Counted from the first letter of the stretch, positions 30,599-41,146 are shown. The stretch is DNA of 64,000 bases from Nitrosopumilus sp. (GCA_965197525.1 OZ240211.1:1920001-1984000); one strand, 5' to 3'. The notes: generated by a model from the sequence alone, not told the origin. Numbers and translations are program-made.

Positions 30599-31756
30599 AT
30601 TACTATCAAAAAATCAAGCCACGCAAAAAAGTTCGGAAAGCTGATCTTTGATGATGGCACTGTTATTAATGGGGAAGGTTTTGGCTATTCTACAACCGTT
30701 TTTGGCGAGATTGTATTTAATACTGGTATGGTAGGGTATACTGAAGCCCTAACTGATCCATCATACAATGGCCAAATTCTCACATTAACGTACCCTCTGG
30801 TTGGAAATTATGGGGTACCTGATCCATCCGTCATAGATGATTCCGGTATTCTGGCATTCTTTGAGTCTGACCGAATCCAGGTTCGTGGTCTGGTAGTTCA
30901 CGAACTATCTCTTACTGCAAGTCATTGGAATCTCTCCATGACTCTGGACCAATGGCTCTACCATGAACGAATCCCTGGAATCTCTGGAGTCGATACACGT
31001 CAATTAACAAAGAAACTCAGGACAGGGGGTGTGATGATGGCAGCTCTTGCCGTCTCTGATACGGAGATAGATGTAGATAAAGTAAAGACACAGCTCCAAT
31101 CTGCCACTCATTATGATTCAGAACAATTCATGGATATAGTATCAACAAAGCATGCGCGAACTTTTGGAGATGGCGACAAGTCCGTAGTTGTCATTGACAC
31201 TGGTGCAAAGAATGCAATCTTGCGAAATATTATAGATATTGGTTACAAAGTAATATTACTCCCTTGGAACACTACATATGAGAAGATAATGTCCTTTAAT
31301 CCTCACGGTGTAGTGCTTACTAGTGGTCCAGGCGATCCTCAAAAATGCCCTGATACGATAACTACTGCTAAAAAGTTAATTGAGAATAATGTACCGACTC
31401 TTGGAATATGTCTTGGTGCACAAATTATTGGTATTGCAGGCAACACTGATACATACAAACTAAAGTATGGGCATCGTGGACAAAACAAACCATGTGTAAA
31501 TTTAGAAAATAATCAAGTGTATGTTACTAGTCAGAATCATGGATATGGAATAACACCAGAATCTCTTGCAAAATCTGACTTTAATTTATGGTTTACAAAT
31601 GCAGACGATAAAACAGTTGAGGGAATAAAACACAAGACCCAAAACTGTATTGCAGTCCAGTTTCATCCAGAAGCTGCACCAGGTCCTTATGACTGCAAAT
31701 TCGTCTTTGAAGAGCTAAAACATCTTATGGAGGAAAAAGCAACTGCCAAAGAATGA
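30599..31756 (+). CDS. carA: Carbamoyl-phosphate synthase small subunit (start codon uncertain, apparently non-AUG)
   Basis: Frame is open from 30566 and encodes the conserved N-terminus KFGKLIFDDGT...GEIVFNTGMVGY before the first ATG at 30728; LGICLG, SQNHG, VQFHPE. Confidence 0.93.
   Translation: MTIKKSSHAKKFGKLIFDDGTVINGEGFGYSTTVFGEIVFNTGMVGYTEALTDPSYNGQILTLTYPLVGNYGVPDPSVIDDSGILAFFESDRIQVRGLVVHELSLTASHWNLSMTLDQWLYHERIPGISGVDTRQLTKKLRTGGVMMAALAVSDTEIDVDKVKTQLQSATHYDSEQFMDIVSTKHARTFGDGDKSVVVIDTGAKNAILRNIIDIGYKVILLPWNTTYEKIMSFNPHGVVLTSGPGDPQKCPDTITTAKKLIENNVPTLGICLGAQIIGIAGNTDTYKLKYGHRGQNKPCVNLENNQVYVTSQNHGYGITPESLAKSDFNLWFTNADDKTVEGIKHKTQNCIAVQFHPEAAPGPYDCKFVFEELKHLMEEKATAKE
31729..31733 (+). 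promoter_or_regulatory. Shine-Dalgarno-like GGAGG, 9 nt upstream of the putative CTG start of carB
   Basis: GGAGG at 31729-31733, CTG at 31743. Confidence 0.45.
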
Positions 31757-34700
31757 GTCGTTAAAAAAGATTCTTGTACTTGGAAGTGGGGCCATTAAAA
31801 TCGGAGAAGCCGGCGAAAGTCGCTAAAACGACCGTCAATTTGACTACTCCGGAAGTCAATGCCTCAAGGCAATACACGAGGATGGACTGAACAGTGTTTT
31901 AATCAACCCAAATATTGCCACAATCCAGACTGATACTAGGTTTGCAGATCAAGTGTATCTTCTGCCTGTAAATGCAGAGTATGTAGAGTCAATTATCGAA
32001 AAAGAGAGGCCAGACGGAATTATGCTGGCATATGGTGGACAGACTGCTCTGAACTGCGGGGTTAACCTAGATGAATCAGGCATACTCAAAAAATATGGCG
32101 TCAACGTGCTTGGTACCCAAATACCTGGAATTAAAAAAACAGAGGACAGGCAGCTATTCAAAGATGCCATGAATGTATCCCGGGTACCTGTACTGAAGAG
32201 TAAGACTGTCACTAACTTTGATGGATGCAAAGAAGATTGCCGAAGAGCTGTCATATCCTGTAATTATTCGTGTTGCATATACACTTGGAGGTAGAGGCGG
32301 CGGCGTTGCCTATAATGAGATTGAACTCCATGAGATAGTTGAACGAGGTCTTAAGGCAAGTCTTGTGGGACAGGTACTAGTTGAAGAATACATCGGACAC
32401 TGGAAACAGATAGAGTACGAGGTAATGCAGGATTATGATGGAAACAACATAGTTGTGTGTAACATGGAGAATGTCCTTTCGATGAAAGCCCATACCGGTG
32501 ACAACATTGTAGTCGCTCCGTCTCAAACAATTGACAATCACGAATATCACATGTTACGCTCTGCTGCATTACGTGCCACAAAATATGTTGGAATTGTAGG
32601 CGAATGCAACATTCAGTACGCTCTTGCACCCGACTCTGATCAGTATGTCGCAATTGAGATTAATCCTAGGCTGTCACGTTCATCTGCACTTGCAAGCAAG
32701 GCAACAGGATATCCACTTGCATACATGTCTGCTAAAATTGGATTGGGGTATAATCTATCTGAGCTTGAGAACCGTATTACCAAAAATACTACTGCTTGTT
32801 TTGAGCCGTCCCTTGATTATATAGTGTGCAAACACCCACGATGGGATTTTGCAAAATTCGAGCTGGTAAACAGAAGTCTTGGACCCACGATGAAATCAGT
32901 TGGTGAAGTAATGGCAGTGGGCAGAACATTTGAGGAGTCACTCCAAAAAGCAATTCGTATGCTTGACATAGGAAATGACGGCCTAGTCTTGAATCGTATA
33001 AATGGGCAAAAATATACTGAAGAGGAGATAGAGTACAAGCTGTCTCATCATGATGACTATATTCTTTATTATGTGGCCATTGCACTAAAGATGAACGTAT
33101 CCATTAATCGCATCTATGAGTTATCTGTCATTGACCCTTGGTTTATAGAAAAGATAAGAAATATCGTCCAAGTTGAGGCAGAGTTACGGGATTCTGAGAC
33201 TCTTGATGAGTCTTTGCTCTGGAAGGCCAAGAAGATGGGCTTTGCAGACAGGCAGATTGCACGTGCACAAAGCAACAGAACCCCTGATGAAATCCGTACT
33301 TTGCGAAAAAAGTTGGGCGTGACTCCTTCTGTAAAGCAGATTGATACGCTATCTGCTGAATGGCCTGCAGTAACGAATTATCTTTATCTAACTTACGGCG
33401 GAGACTCTCATGATGTGGTAATTCCTAAAGACGAGAACGGAATCATCGTGTTGGGGGCAGGACCATACCGTATAGGAAGTAGTGTTGAGTTTGATTGGGG
33501 TACTGTAAACATGGTCTGGGGCCTGCAAGAGAATGGCAAGCGTTATGTCTCTGTAGTGAATTGTAATCCTGAGACTGTATCTACTGATTATGATATCTGT
33601 ACAAGACTGTACTTTGAGGAGTTAACTGAGGAGCGAATCTTGGATATAACCGAATTTGAGAATCCTCAAGGTATAATCACATGTGTAGGCGGACAGACTG
33701 CAAATAATCTTACACCAGGACTTGCACAACATGGCGTAAATATTATGGGAACAAGCGCACACGATGTTGACAGAGCAGAAGATCGTTCCAAATTCAGTGC
33801 AGAACTTGACAAGCTTCACATACGACAACCACAATGGCAGGCCTTTTCAAACATTAATGAAGCAAAATCCTTTGCAGATACTGTGGAATTTCCAGTACTT
33901 GTCAGACCATCATATGTTTTATCAGGTGCAGCAATGAAGGTTGTATGGTCACAAGAAGAGTTAAAGACGTATGTTAAAGAAGCCACAAACGTCTCCCCTG
34001 ACCATCCGGTTGTAATATCAAAATTCATGCTAAATTCGCTTGAGGTTGATGTGGATGGTGTCAGTAACGGCAAACAGGTCGTGATTGGTGCAATCGTGGA
34101 GCATATTGATAGTGCAGGAGTACATTCAGGAGACGCAATGATGGTCATTCCGCCATGGCGTCTTAGTAATAAGATAATTGAGATCATCAACGAGTATACC
34201 AAAAAGATAGCACTTGTCTTTAATATCAAGGGGCCATTTAACCTGCAATTTCTGGTGCATAATGACAGTGTATACGTCATTGAGCTAAATATTCGCGCAT
34301 CACGCTCTATGCCGTTTGTATCAAAACTGGTAAAGATAAATTTGATATCTCTTGCATCAAAGGCAATACTTGACAAACCACTACCTGTAATTCCTGAAAA
34401 CAAATGGCAGAAGATTCACAATTACGGCATCAAAGTTCCTCAATTCTCTTTTATGCAGCTGCAAGGCGCAGATATCGCCTTGGGTGTTGAGATGCAGTCT
34501 ACTGGTGAGGCTGCCTGCTTTGGCAGCGGCTTTTATGATGCACTATCAAAGGGATTGACATCTGTAGGGTATAATCTTCCTGACAAGGGTTCTGCACTTG
34601 TTACTGTGGGTGGTGCCCAAAATAAGGAGCGACTAGTTGCCACCATTGCCAAACTAAAAAATCTGGGATTTAACATTTTAGCCACTGAGCACACTGCTGA

Positions 34701-35013
34701 ATTTTTTGAAGAGAAGATAGGTCAAATCCAGATTGTTCACAAGATATCTGAGCCTGAAAGAAAACCCAACATCTCTGATCTGCTATATCAGCGAAAGATT
34801 GACTTTATTATCAATATTCCTAGCACCTCTACCCTTGAGAAGTATGTTGGGATGCTTGAAGATGAATACCAGATTAGGAGAAAATCCCTTGAGCTGGGCG
34901 TTCCTGTATTGACTACTATCGAATTGGCTGACTCGTTTGTAAATACACTTGAATGGCTTCGGCACAACAAAACCACCAAAGAACCGATTGAATCATATGA
35001 CGTGTATGATTAA
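31743..35013 (+). CDS. carB: Carbamoyl-phosphate synthase large subunit: join(31743-31817, 31839-35013) plus one extra G at 32223/4; 1082 aa when corrected
   Basis: (M)PKNESLKKILVLGSGAIKIGEAGE|FDYSGSQCLKAI...INPNIATIQTD; two ATP-grasp domains and an MGS domain in 32218-35013. Confidence 0.93.
31818..31838 (+). other. Candidate archaeal bulge-helix-bulge/loop intron in the carB mRNA (21 nt)
   Basis: AGTCGCTAAAACGACCGTCAA carries an in-frame TAA. Helix GGCG/CGTC, 3-nt bulges AAA and AAT, inner stem GTCG/CGAC. Cutting after the second nt of each bulge restores GAA-TTT (E-F). Confidence 0.82.
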
Positions 35014-35144
35014 CTAACCCGTTGTTTTTTAGATGATCAGATTGCATAATGTCTAAACATGTATGTATGTATCATATGACATCTAATGATCAATATGATA
35101 TTATTATCATGTCTGGCAGTTGCGTACCAATAAAACTTGTATGT

Positions 35145-35897
35145 TTAAATGACCCGTGAAATATCTGACTCATTTCCTATGATTACCCCATCCAATGTGA
35201 TAATCTTTGCTTTTGATATCGTTTTGATTTTATTAATGATCGGCGATATTGATCTTTTGTACAATTTTTTATGCGTAGCATAAAAATATTTGTTAAATGA
35301 AGGCACTATTGTAATTTCAATCTCTCCCGTCTTACTTGGAAATATATCCTCTTTTTGGGTCTTAATTGAGATCCATACCCTCTGCCCATTAATCAAAGAA
35401 TCCTCTTGAAAAAACACTGGATGCAGATGGCCCATAATGATTTTATCCACATGCGCAAAATTTTCTGACGGCATTGTATGTCCATGTGTCAGTAGAGTAT
35501 TTCCTTCTACCATCCCAGCTGAACTAATCATTGATATTCCATCTGGTACCAATCTATGGATATTTGCATCGTGATTTCCTGGTATCAATGTCACGTCACA
35601 TTTTTCTTTGATACGTCTGAAAAATAATGGAACCTGTTCCCATTCAATCTTTGATATGTTTTTGATGCCTGTTTTTACATCTCCTAACAAGATTACAGTG
35701 TCTGGCTTCTCTGAATCTATTATCTCTGTCAACTCTTGGACTAGTTCACCTGTTGCCAAATTTTTGCCTGTAAAAACCTCATTTGCTATCATGTTATTCT
35801 CAAACCCAATATGAATATCTGTTATTATGAGACTCTTTTTTTCACCTTCTAAAATAAGAGCCGGTTTTGATGGAACTATTCTTGTCTGTAACACCAA
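35145..35897 (-). CDS. Calcineurin-like metallophosphoesterase
   Basis: TDIHIG, LLGD, PGNHD, THGH, MGHLHP. Confidence 0.88.
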   Translation of the reverse strand: MVLQTRIVPSKPALILEGEKKSLIITDIHIGFENNMIANEVFTGKNLATGELVQELTEIIDSEKPDTVILLGDVKTGIKNISKIEWEQVPLFFRRIKEKCDVTLIPGNHDANIHRLVPDGISMISSAGMVEGNTLLTHGHTMPSENFAHVDKIIMGHLHPVFFQEDSLINGQRVWISIKTQKEDIFPSKTGEIEITIVPSFNKYFYATHKKLYKRSISPIINKIKTISKAKIITLDGVIIGNESDISRVI

Positions 35898-35928
35898 AGT
35901 TATACCGTAGTTGTCTGTTTAAATTTTT

Positions 35929-36246
35929 ATGAGTAATAAATCTGATCGAATCGAACTAATGGCCTCTGAGAGGCGTGTAAAATTACATGTATTTGAACCA
36001 ACACAGAGAAAGATTTGGACAATAGTTGGAAGAGAGAATGAACACTGGATTGATCCTGATTCTGATTATTGCTCCTGTACGGGATTTTATTTTGGCAAGC
36101 TGCATGGGAAAGATACGTGCTATCACTTGGAATCTGCACGACAAGCTATAGCCTGTAACTCTGTTGAAAAGATTGTCTTCTCAGATGATGAGTTTGTTGA
36201 CTTTCTGTCAGGACTGTTATCTGATATGCAACTAGTGCGCAACTAG
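35929..36246 (+). CDS. SWIM zinc-finger protein
   Basis: YCSCTGF...TCYHL. Confidence 0.75.
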   Translation: MSNKSDRIELMASERRVKLHVFEPTQRKIWTIVGRENEHWIDPDSDYCSCTGFYFGKLHGKDTCYHLESARQAIACNSVEKIVFSDDEFVDFLSGLLSDMQLVRN

Positions 36247-36463
36247 CTGAATTGCCATCTTTCTCTAGGGTGATATATCGTCATCACAACACGATTTAGT
36301 GGCAATCCCTTGTACCATAGGCATAAGATAAGAGATCAAACTACTTTGCGCAAACTTGGTTTTTTTACTAATTCTGAATTAACTGATTTAATAGGGTTCT
36401 GTGTAATCGTCGTGATATGGAATAGAGTTGTCGGGACGTGTGCACAATGAACGGTGATTCCAA

Positions 36464-36724
36464 ATGATAACAGAAATAAGCCCAATATTCGGTTTGAGTT
36501 TGTTGGAATATCTAGATTTACTCGGAGTAGTTGGTTTACTTACCGTCATGTTCACTGCGATTTTTCTATACGTGTCAACAACACGAAAATCAAAAATAGA
36601 ATCTGCTAATATTAGTCTAAAATTACTTCAAATGGGTAGAGAGGACATATATCGCAAAACATTCGAATCAGAAAGGATAAGCAGGAAATCAAGGATCTTT
36701 TACGCTATTATGAATATGTTCTGA
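36464..36724 (+). pseudogene. N-terminal fragment of a membrane-anchored hypothetical protein (remainder possibly 38135-38456)
   Basis: TM helix followed by SANISLKLL; ends at the duplication junction. Confidence 0.35.
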
Positions 36725-37239
36725 GAGGCGTGTAAAATTACATGTATTTGAACCAACACAGAGAAAGATTTGGACATTAGTTGGAAGAGAGAATGAACAC
36801 TGGATTGATCCTGATTCTGATTATGAGGAACACTCATACCAATCCAGCTTGACGGGATAATATCAGATACCGACGTCAAGACGGATCCCATATTTTGGCA
36901 AGCTGCATGGGAAAGATACGTGCTATCACTTGGAATCTGCACTGACAAGCTATAGAACCTGTAACTCTGTAACAAATGAGAAAGATTGTCTTCTGATGCA
37001 GATGCTTATGAGTTACTGTATTTGCATGACTTTCAAAACCCCCGTGTCCGGACTGTTATCTGATATGCAACTAGTGCGCAACTAGCTGAATTGCAAACAT
37101 CTTTACTCTAGGGTGATATGATCGTCATCACGCAACACGATTTAGTGGCAATCCCTTCCGTTACCATAGGCATAAGATAAGAGATCAAACTACTTTGCGC
37201 AAACTTGGTTTTTATGTACTAATTCTGAATTAACTGATT
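36720..37239 (+). repeat. Insertion-riddled duplicate of 35965-36388
   Basis: Same sequence order with about 95 extra bases as many small insertions; probable low-quality consensus. Confidence 0.85.
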
Positions 37240-38134
37240 CTCAATTGCCGTATCGATCATCTGATTGTACAAACACACCTTTCCGTATATCTCCGTCTTG
37301 ACGTTTTCCCATTTTGGCCATTATAGACTCCCCTAATAGTTGAACGTAGAGAACGCAGTCTCTACTGACGTGTGCATATTCTGCCGTTCCTTCTTTTCCT
37401 TGCGCAGATGAACTTGGTTCTGACTTTTTATCTATTCTCAAAACTGATCGAACCCACAGAACATGCAAGTTTCCAGCAAAATAATTCAGTGGTTTGATCT
37501 CGTTTTTGTTGCAGTAGTTGTAAATATCTCGTGTATCATACGCACCATCGGCTGCAGTTGGTTTGGTATCGCCATGTTCAGACATCTCCACGTTTGGTGA
37601 TTTTTCTGCGTTTGCAAAAGCTTGTTACTAGTTCTTCAAACTGCGGGGAATCTCCACACTTGTCGTCAACATAGATCTTCTTGGTTTTAGCATCTACACC
37701 GACATGCAATGAATCCGCGCCTCACTCATTTTTCTGCCATCCAGTCGCCGCGGTTTGTAGAAGTTCTGCAAACAGGCTTATCTCGGTTCTCGTTTTGCCG
37801 TCTGTAAACCATGCAGCGGCAGTGTTAATTACGTTGTCATCATTGTAAGTTGAGTTTTGTCATCCTTTTCTGAAATGCAGAGTATGTAGGCGCATTTTCC
37901 TTGCCGACGATTGCCTCTGCCACACCCTCCAACTGTCTGTATGGGATACCGGTGGCGTTTCGGAACAGAACAGCTGCTGCAACGCACGCGTTTGAGAATG
38001 TAAACGGGTGGCCTACCTTTCCACAGTTCATCTTCTCAAGCCCCTGCACCATGAGCTCCTCGTTTATCTGAAGCATAAAGAACTTGGAAAAAGTTGCATT
38101 CGTTTGAACTGTAAGATTTTTTAGTACCATGGCC
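37240..38134 (-). pseudogene. IS5-family (IS903-like) transposase with multiple frameshifts
   Basis: Fragments GKVGHPFTFS...PYRQLEG...PTYSAFQKR, LHVGVDAKTKKI and ADGAYDTRDIYNYC. Confidence 0.75.
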
Positions 38135-38450
38135 TAGTTTGTCTGGAAGGATTTTGGTCAGATTGATATCTTTGACAACGCACCTCTCTGCAATACAGTT
38201 TTCTATTGAAAGTGTTTGATACAACGTTATGTTGCTGAGTCTGATCTGATTTTGGAAGACGTGGTTGGTGATATTGAGTTATGAGTTTCTTAAAGACCGT
38301 GTATTGAGTTATGTATTCCACATTCATGGCAGAAATTTAAAATTGATGTATGAGAATAACGAGATAAGAGAAGTTTTTGACAAAGCTATACAAAAATCAA
38401 ATTATAGCTATGTCAATCTACATAATCTCTTTTTAAGAATTGACAATGAT

Positions 38451-38633
38451 CTATAATCCTGCATCGTCAGGTCCCTTGTCTTTTGAAGCCTGTTTTACTA
38501 CGTCCTCTTCTCCACTGAACTTCTCCACTACTTCAATAACATCATCAGTGTCATCTTGCTCATTACTGTCATCATTCTCAGAGCCCTCATACGAGTCTTC
38601 CTGCTCTTCCTCATCATATTCAGAATCTTCCAT
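38451..38633 (-). CDS. Small, very acidic protein
   Basis: 60 aa, D/E-rich. Confidence 0.4.
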   Translation of the reverse strand: MEDSEYDEEEQEDSYEGSENDDSNEQDDTDDVIEVVEKFSGEEDVVKQASKDKGPDDAGL

Positions 38634-38714
38634 AAATTTATAATCAGACAGACAAATATAAGTTAACTATTACCACGGTTCAGTGTAGATGTTGAACAAA
38701 TCAAATGTGTAGAT

Positions 38715-38897
38715 CTAACGCACACGTTCCTTGTTCCAATACGGAGACTTACATTTCTTATTGTTGCAGTTTTTAGGGGATTCGTTTCTGCTGTACCAAA
38801 TCTCATTACATCTGTTACACCCGTGTCGCCAATATGCACCATCGACTTTCATGCTCATACACTCTATACCAATTAGTAGTATATAATTGATTCCCAT
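38715..38897 (-). CDS. Small Cys4 zinc-finger protein of mobile-element type
   Basis: CNRC...W...PKNC..KKCKSPYW. Confidence 0.6.
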   Translation of the reverse strand: MGINYILLIGIECMSMKVDGAYWRHGCNRCNEIWYSRNESPKNCNNKKCKSPYWNKERVR

Positions 38898-38900
38898 ATC

Positions 38901-38939
38901 TACCTAAAACCCATACTAATATATATGGGTAATAGGTAT
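38901..38939. promoter_or_regulatory. Palindromic operator-like site between divergent genes
   Basis: TACCTAAAACCCATA-N8-TATGGGTAATAGGTA (13/15 inverted match). Confidence 0.55.
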
Positions 38940-38947
38940 AGTATAGT

Positions 38948-39100
38948 ATGAATCAAGTAAAAGTGATTGGCTATGATGAAGCCGTGACAATCATATCTGA
39001 GGAAAGCAGAGATGATGTAAAATTACCTAACAGGTATCTGAGCCAATCACTTTCTTTTCTACTTGGTTCTATATTAATTTTCGAGGGGTCTTACACATGA
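38948..39100 (+). CDS. 50-aa ORF translationally coupled to the transposase
   Basis: MNQVKVIGYDEAVTIISEESRDD...; its stop overlaps the transposase ATG (ATGA). Confidence 0.4.
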   Translation: MNQVKVIGYDEAVTIISEESRDDVKLPNRYLSQSLSFLLGSILIFEGSYT

Positions 39101-40231
39101 ACGCAAGAGCACAAAGAGCCAAACAAATTATGGAATTGGACAATCATGCAACCCAAATCATAGGCGAGAACAAGTACAAGGTAAAGTCACAAACAATCCC
39201 AGACAGATATTATACAATTTCAAAAACTGATGAGGGATTGGTATGCAACTGTCCTGACCACATAAAGAGTAAGTCCGACTGCAAACACATCAAAGTGGTA
39301 CTGGAATACTGCAGGAAAAACGTCTTTGATCATGATAGGTTTAGAATCATGGAAAGATCACAGCTCAAACTATGCAAATACTGCGATTCAGGAAATATTG
39401 TAAAGAGAGGGATTAGAAAAACCAAGAAAGGGCAATCAATTATTCAAATGTACTGACTGCAAAAGAACATTTACAGCCAACTTTGGCTTTGAGAAGAAGC
39501 AGTTTGACGAGAATGTCATTACTGGAGCTTTGCAGATGTATTATTCAGGAATGTCAGTAAGGGATATTTCAAATCACTATGAGATGATGGGTACTGAGGT
39601 TAGTTTCAAGACTATCTACAACTGGATTGAAAAATACTCCAAGATGACATCTAACTATCTAAACGAAATAACTTCAAGAGTTGGGGACTGGTTCCGGGCA
39701 GACGAGGTATGGGTAAAGATTGCAGGAAATCAAAACTATCTGTTTGCAAGTATGGATGATGATACCCGTTACTGGTTAGCCTCCGACCTAGCAGACAACA
39801 AATTCCAACACAATGCAGACAACTTGTTACACCTAACCAAACAACAAGCTGGTAAAACTCCCAAACACTTCATTACAGACAAACTGCCCGCCTACATGAA
39901 ATCATCCAAAAAAATATTTGGCAAAAAGACACATCACACTGCAAATGCAGGAATCAGAAGTAAAAAGACAGGTCAGAACTTTCATCCATCAAATAACAAG
40001 ATGGAAAGGTTGAATGGCGAGATCAGAGACAGAGAAAAAGTGTTCAGAGGTCTCAAAAAGATGGATACTCCTATGTTGGATGGTATGAGAGTGTACTATA
40101 ACTACACAAAAAAGCATGGTGCACTCAAAGGACAAACTCCCGCAGAATCAGCCAAGATTGAGGTTGACGGCAAGAACAAGTGGAAGACTATCATACAGAA
40201 TGCGAGTCTACATAAGGATAATTCGATATGA
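39097..40231 (+). CDS. IS6-family (IS240-type DDE) transposase with N-terminal SWIM finger and zinc ribbon; one apparent frameshift
   Basis: CNCPDH...CKHI, CKYC...CTDC, WFRADEVWV, MDDDTRYWL, ITDKLPAY, NNKMERLNG. Removing one G from GGG at 39430-39432 joins the two ORFs. Confidence 0.85.
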
Positions 40232-40237
40232 TGGAAG

Positions 40238-40323
40238 CGCTGCGAGTGGGATTCGAACCCACGGGATGTGGACCATCAATTATTTGATAAATAATCTCCC
40301 TTACCAAACTAGGAAACCGCAGC
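40238..40323 (-). tRNA. Type II (Ser-like) tRNA with atypical ATC anticodon; possible pseudo-tRNA
   Basis: Acceptor stem GCTGCGG/TCGCAGC, discriminator G, D-loop GG, anticodon stem ATTAT/ATAAT with loop TTATCAA, variable arm GATG/CATC, T-arm GTGGG-TTCGAAT-CCCAC. Confidence 0.75.
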
Positions 40324-40562
40324 ACATTGCCAATCTTTTCATATTAAGTAAAAATGTTCTGGGCTGGTCCACACCATTCTATTTAACCCAGAACGTTTAG
40401 TTTGACTACAAGTCAAACACGTCAAGACGTACATTATAATTAGTATATCATATATTAAATCTTTATGCTACCGATTTAGTCTACGGTAACAATTCCATAT
40501 CACGAAGATTACACAGAACCTTTAATAGAATATGTTAATAACTAGAAATTTTTTGTACTAGT

Positions 40563-40814
40563 ATGGATACTGATAAACAAAATTCTGAAATAGAGAAAAT
40601 TGCAAACCTGATGATTCATGATGGCCTTTCTGCTGATGAGCAAGACGCTGCAAAATTGGAAAAATACCGGGATCAGATCAAAGAAGACTGTAATGTTGAT
40701 GATGGAAAGGCTATGAAGATAGTTTATGAGACGTTGTTGTATAGAAAATTAAAAAATTCTGATTCTGGTGATGTTTTGGAAAAAGGCAACGAGTTCGGTG
40801 CCGGATTCAGCTAA
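40563..40814 (+). CDS. Hypothetical protein
   Basis: 83-aa ORF with clean start and stop and normal composition. Confidence 0.65.
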   Translation: MDTDKQNSEIEKIANLMIHDGLSADEQDAAKLEKYRDQIKEDCNVDDGKAMKIVYETLLYRKLKNSDSGDVLEKGNEFGAGFS

Positions 40815-40846
40815 TCTGTCAATCAATCAATCTATCAATCAACTAG

Positions 40847-41146
40847 TTACCCTAGAGGCACGGTTGTGATATCGTCTTTTGAAACTCCTTTCCAAAGACC
40901 TATCATTCCTTCTGCTTCGACTTTGTCAACTTTGCTAATCTGTTGAATCTTTATGTGATCAGGATTTGGAGGCATCCATAACATGGCCATGTAATCACCT
41001 ACATTCCCTACCTTAGTTGGCAGTGCCATGATAATCTTGTCTGTTGCAAATCCATTTGCAGTTAATGCATTTGTTGCTTTTTCTTTCAGATCCATTCTTC
41101 CGTGCAGGAATAGGTAGATCTCTTTTTGCGTGTCAATCTCTGACAT
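40847..41146 (-). CDS. Hypothetical protein
   Basis: 99-aa ORF with globular composition. Confidence 0.65.
   Translation of the reverse strand: MSEIDTQKEIYLFLHGRMDLKEKATNALTANGFATDKIIMALPTKVGNVGDYMAMLWMPPNPDHIKIQQISKVDKVEAEGMIGLWKGVSKDDITTVPLG

Noticed and set aside
32217-32228. +1 frameshift in carB (TTT GAT G GAT GCA)
   Set aside because: A single extra G with no slippery heptamer or hairpin. Similar one-base indels occur elsewhere in the window, so a consensus error is the simplest explanation. It is not a second intron.
36660-38134. Apparent diversified second copy of the SWIM gene, and multiple frameshifts in the IS5 transposase
   Set aside because: Differences are scattered small insertions, not substitutions or A-specific changes, and there is no reverse transcriptase. 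This looks like a low-quality long-read segment, not a diversity-generating system.
39428-39456. Possible programmed frameshift in the IS6 transposase
   Set aside because: Deleting one G from GGG restores the zinc ribbon (KGNQLFKCTDC); no recognised slippery site; an error or simple inactivation is more likely.
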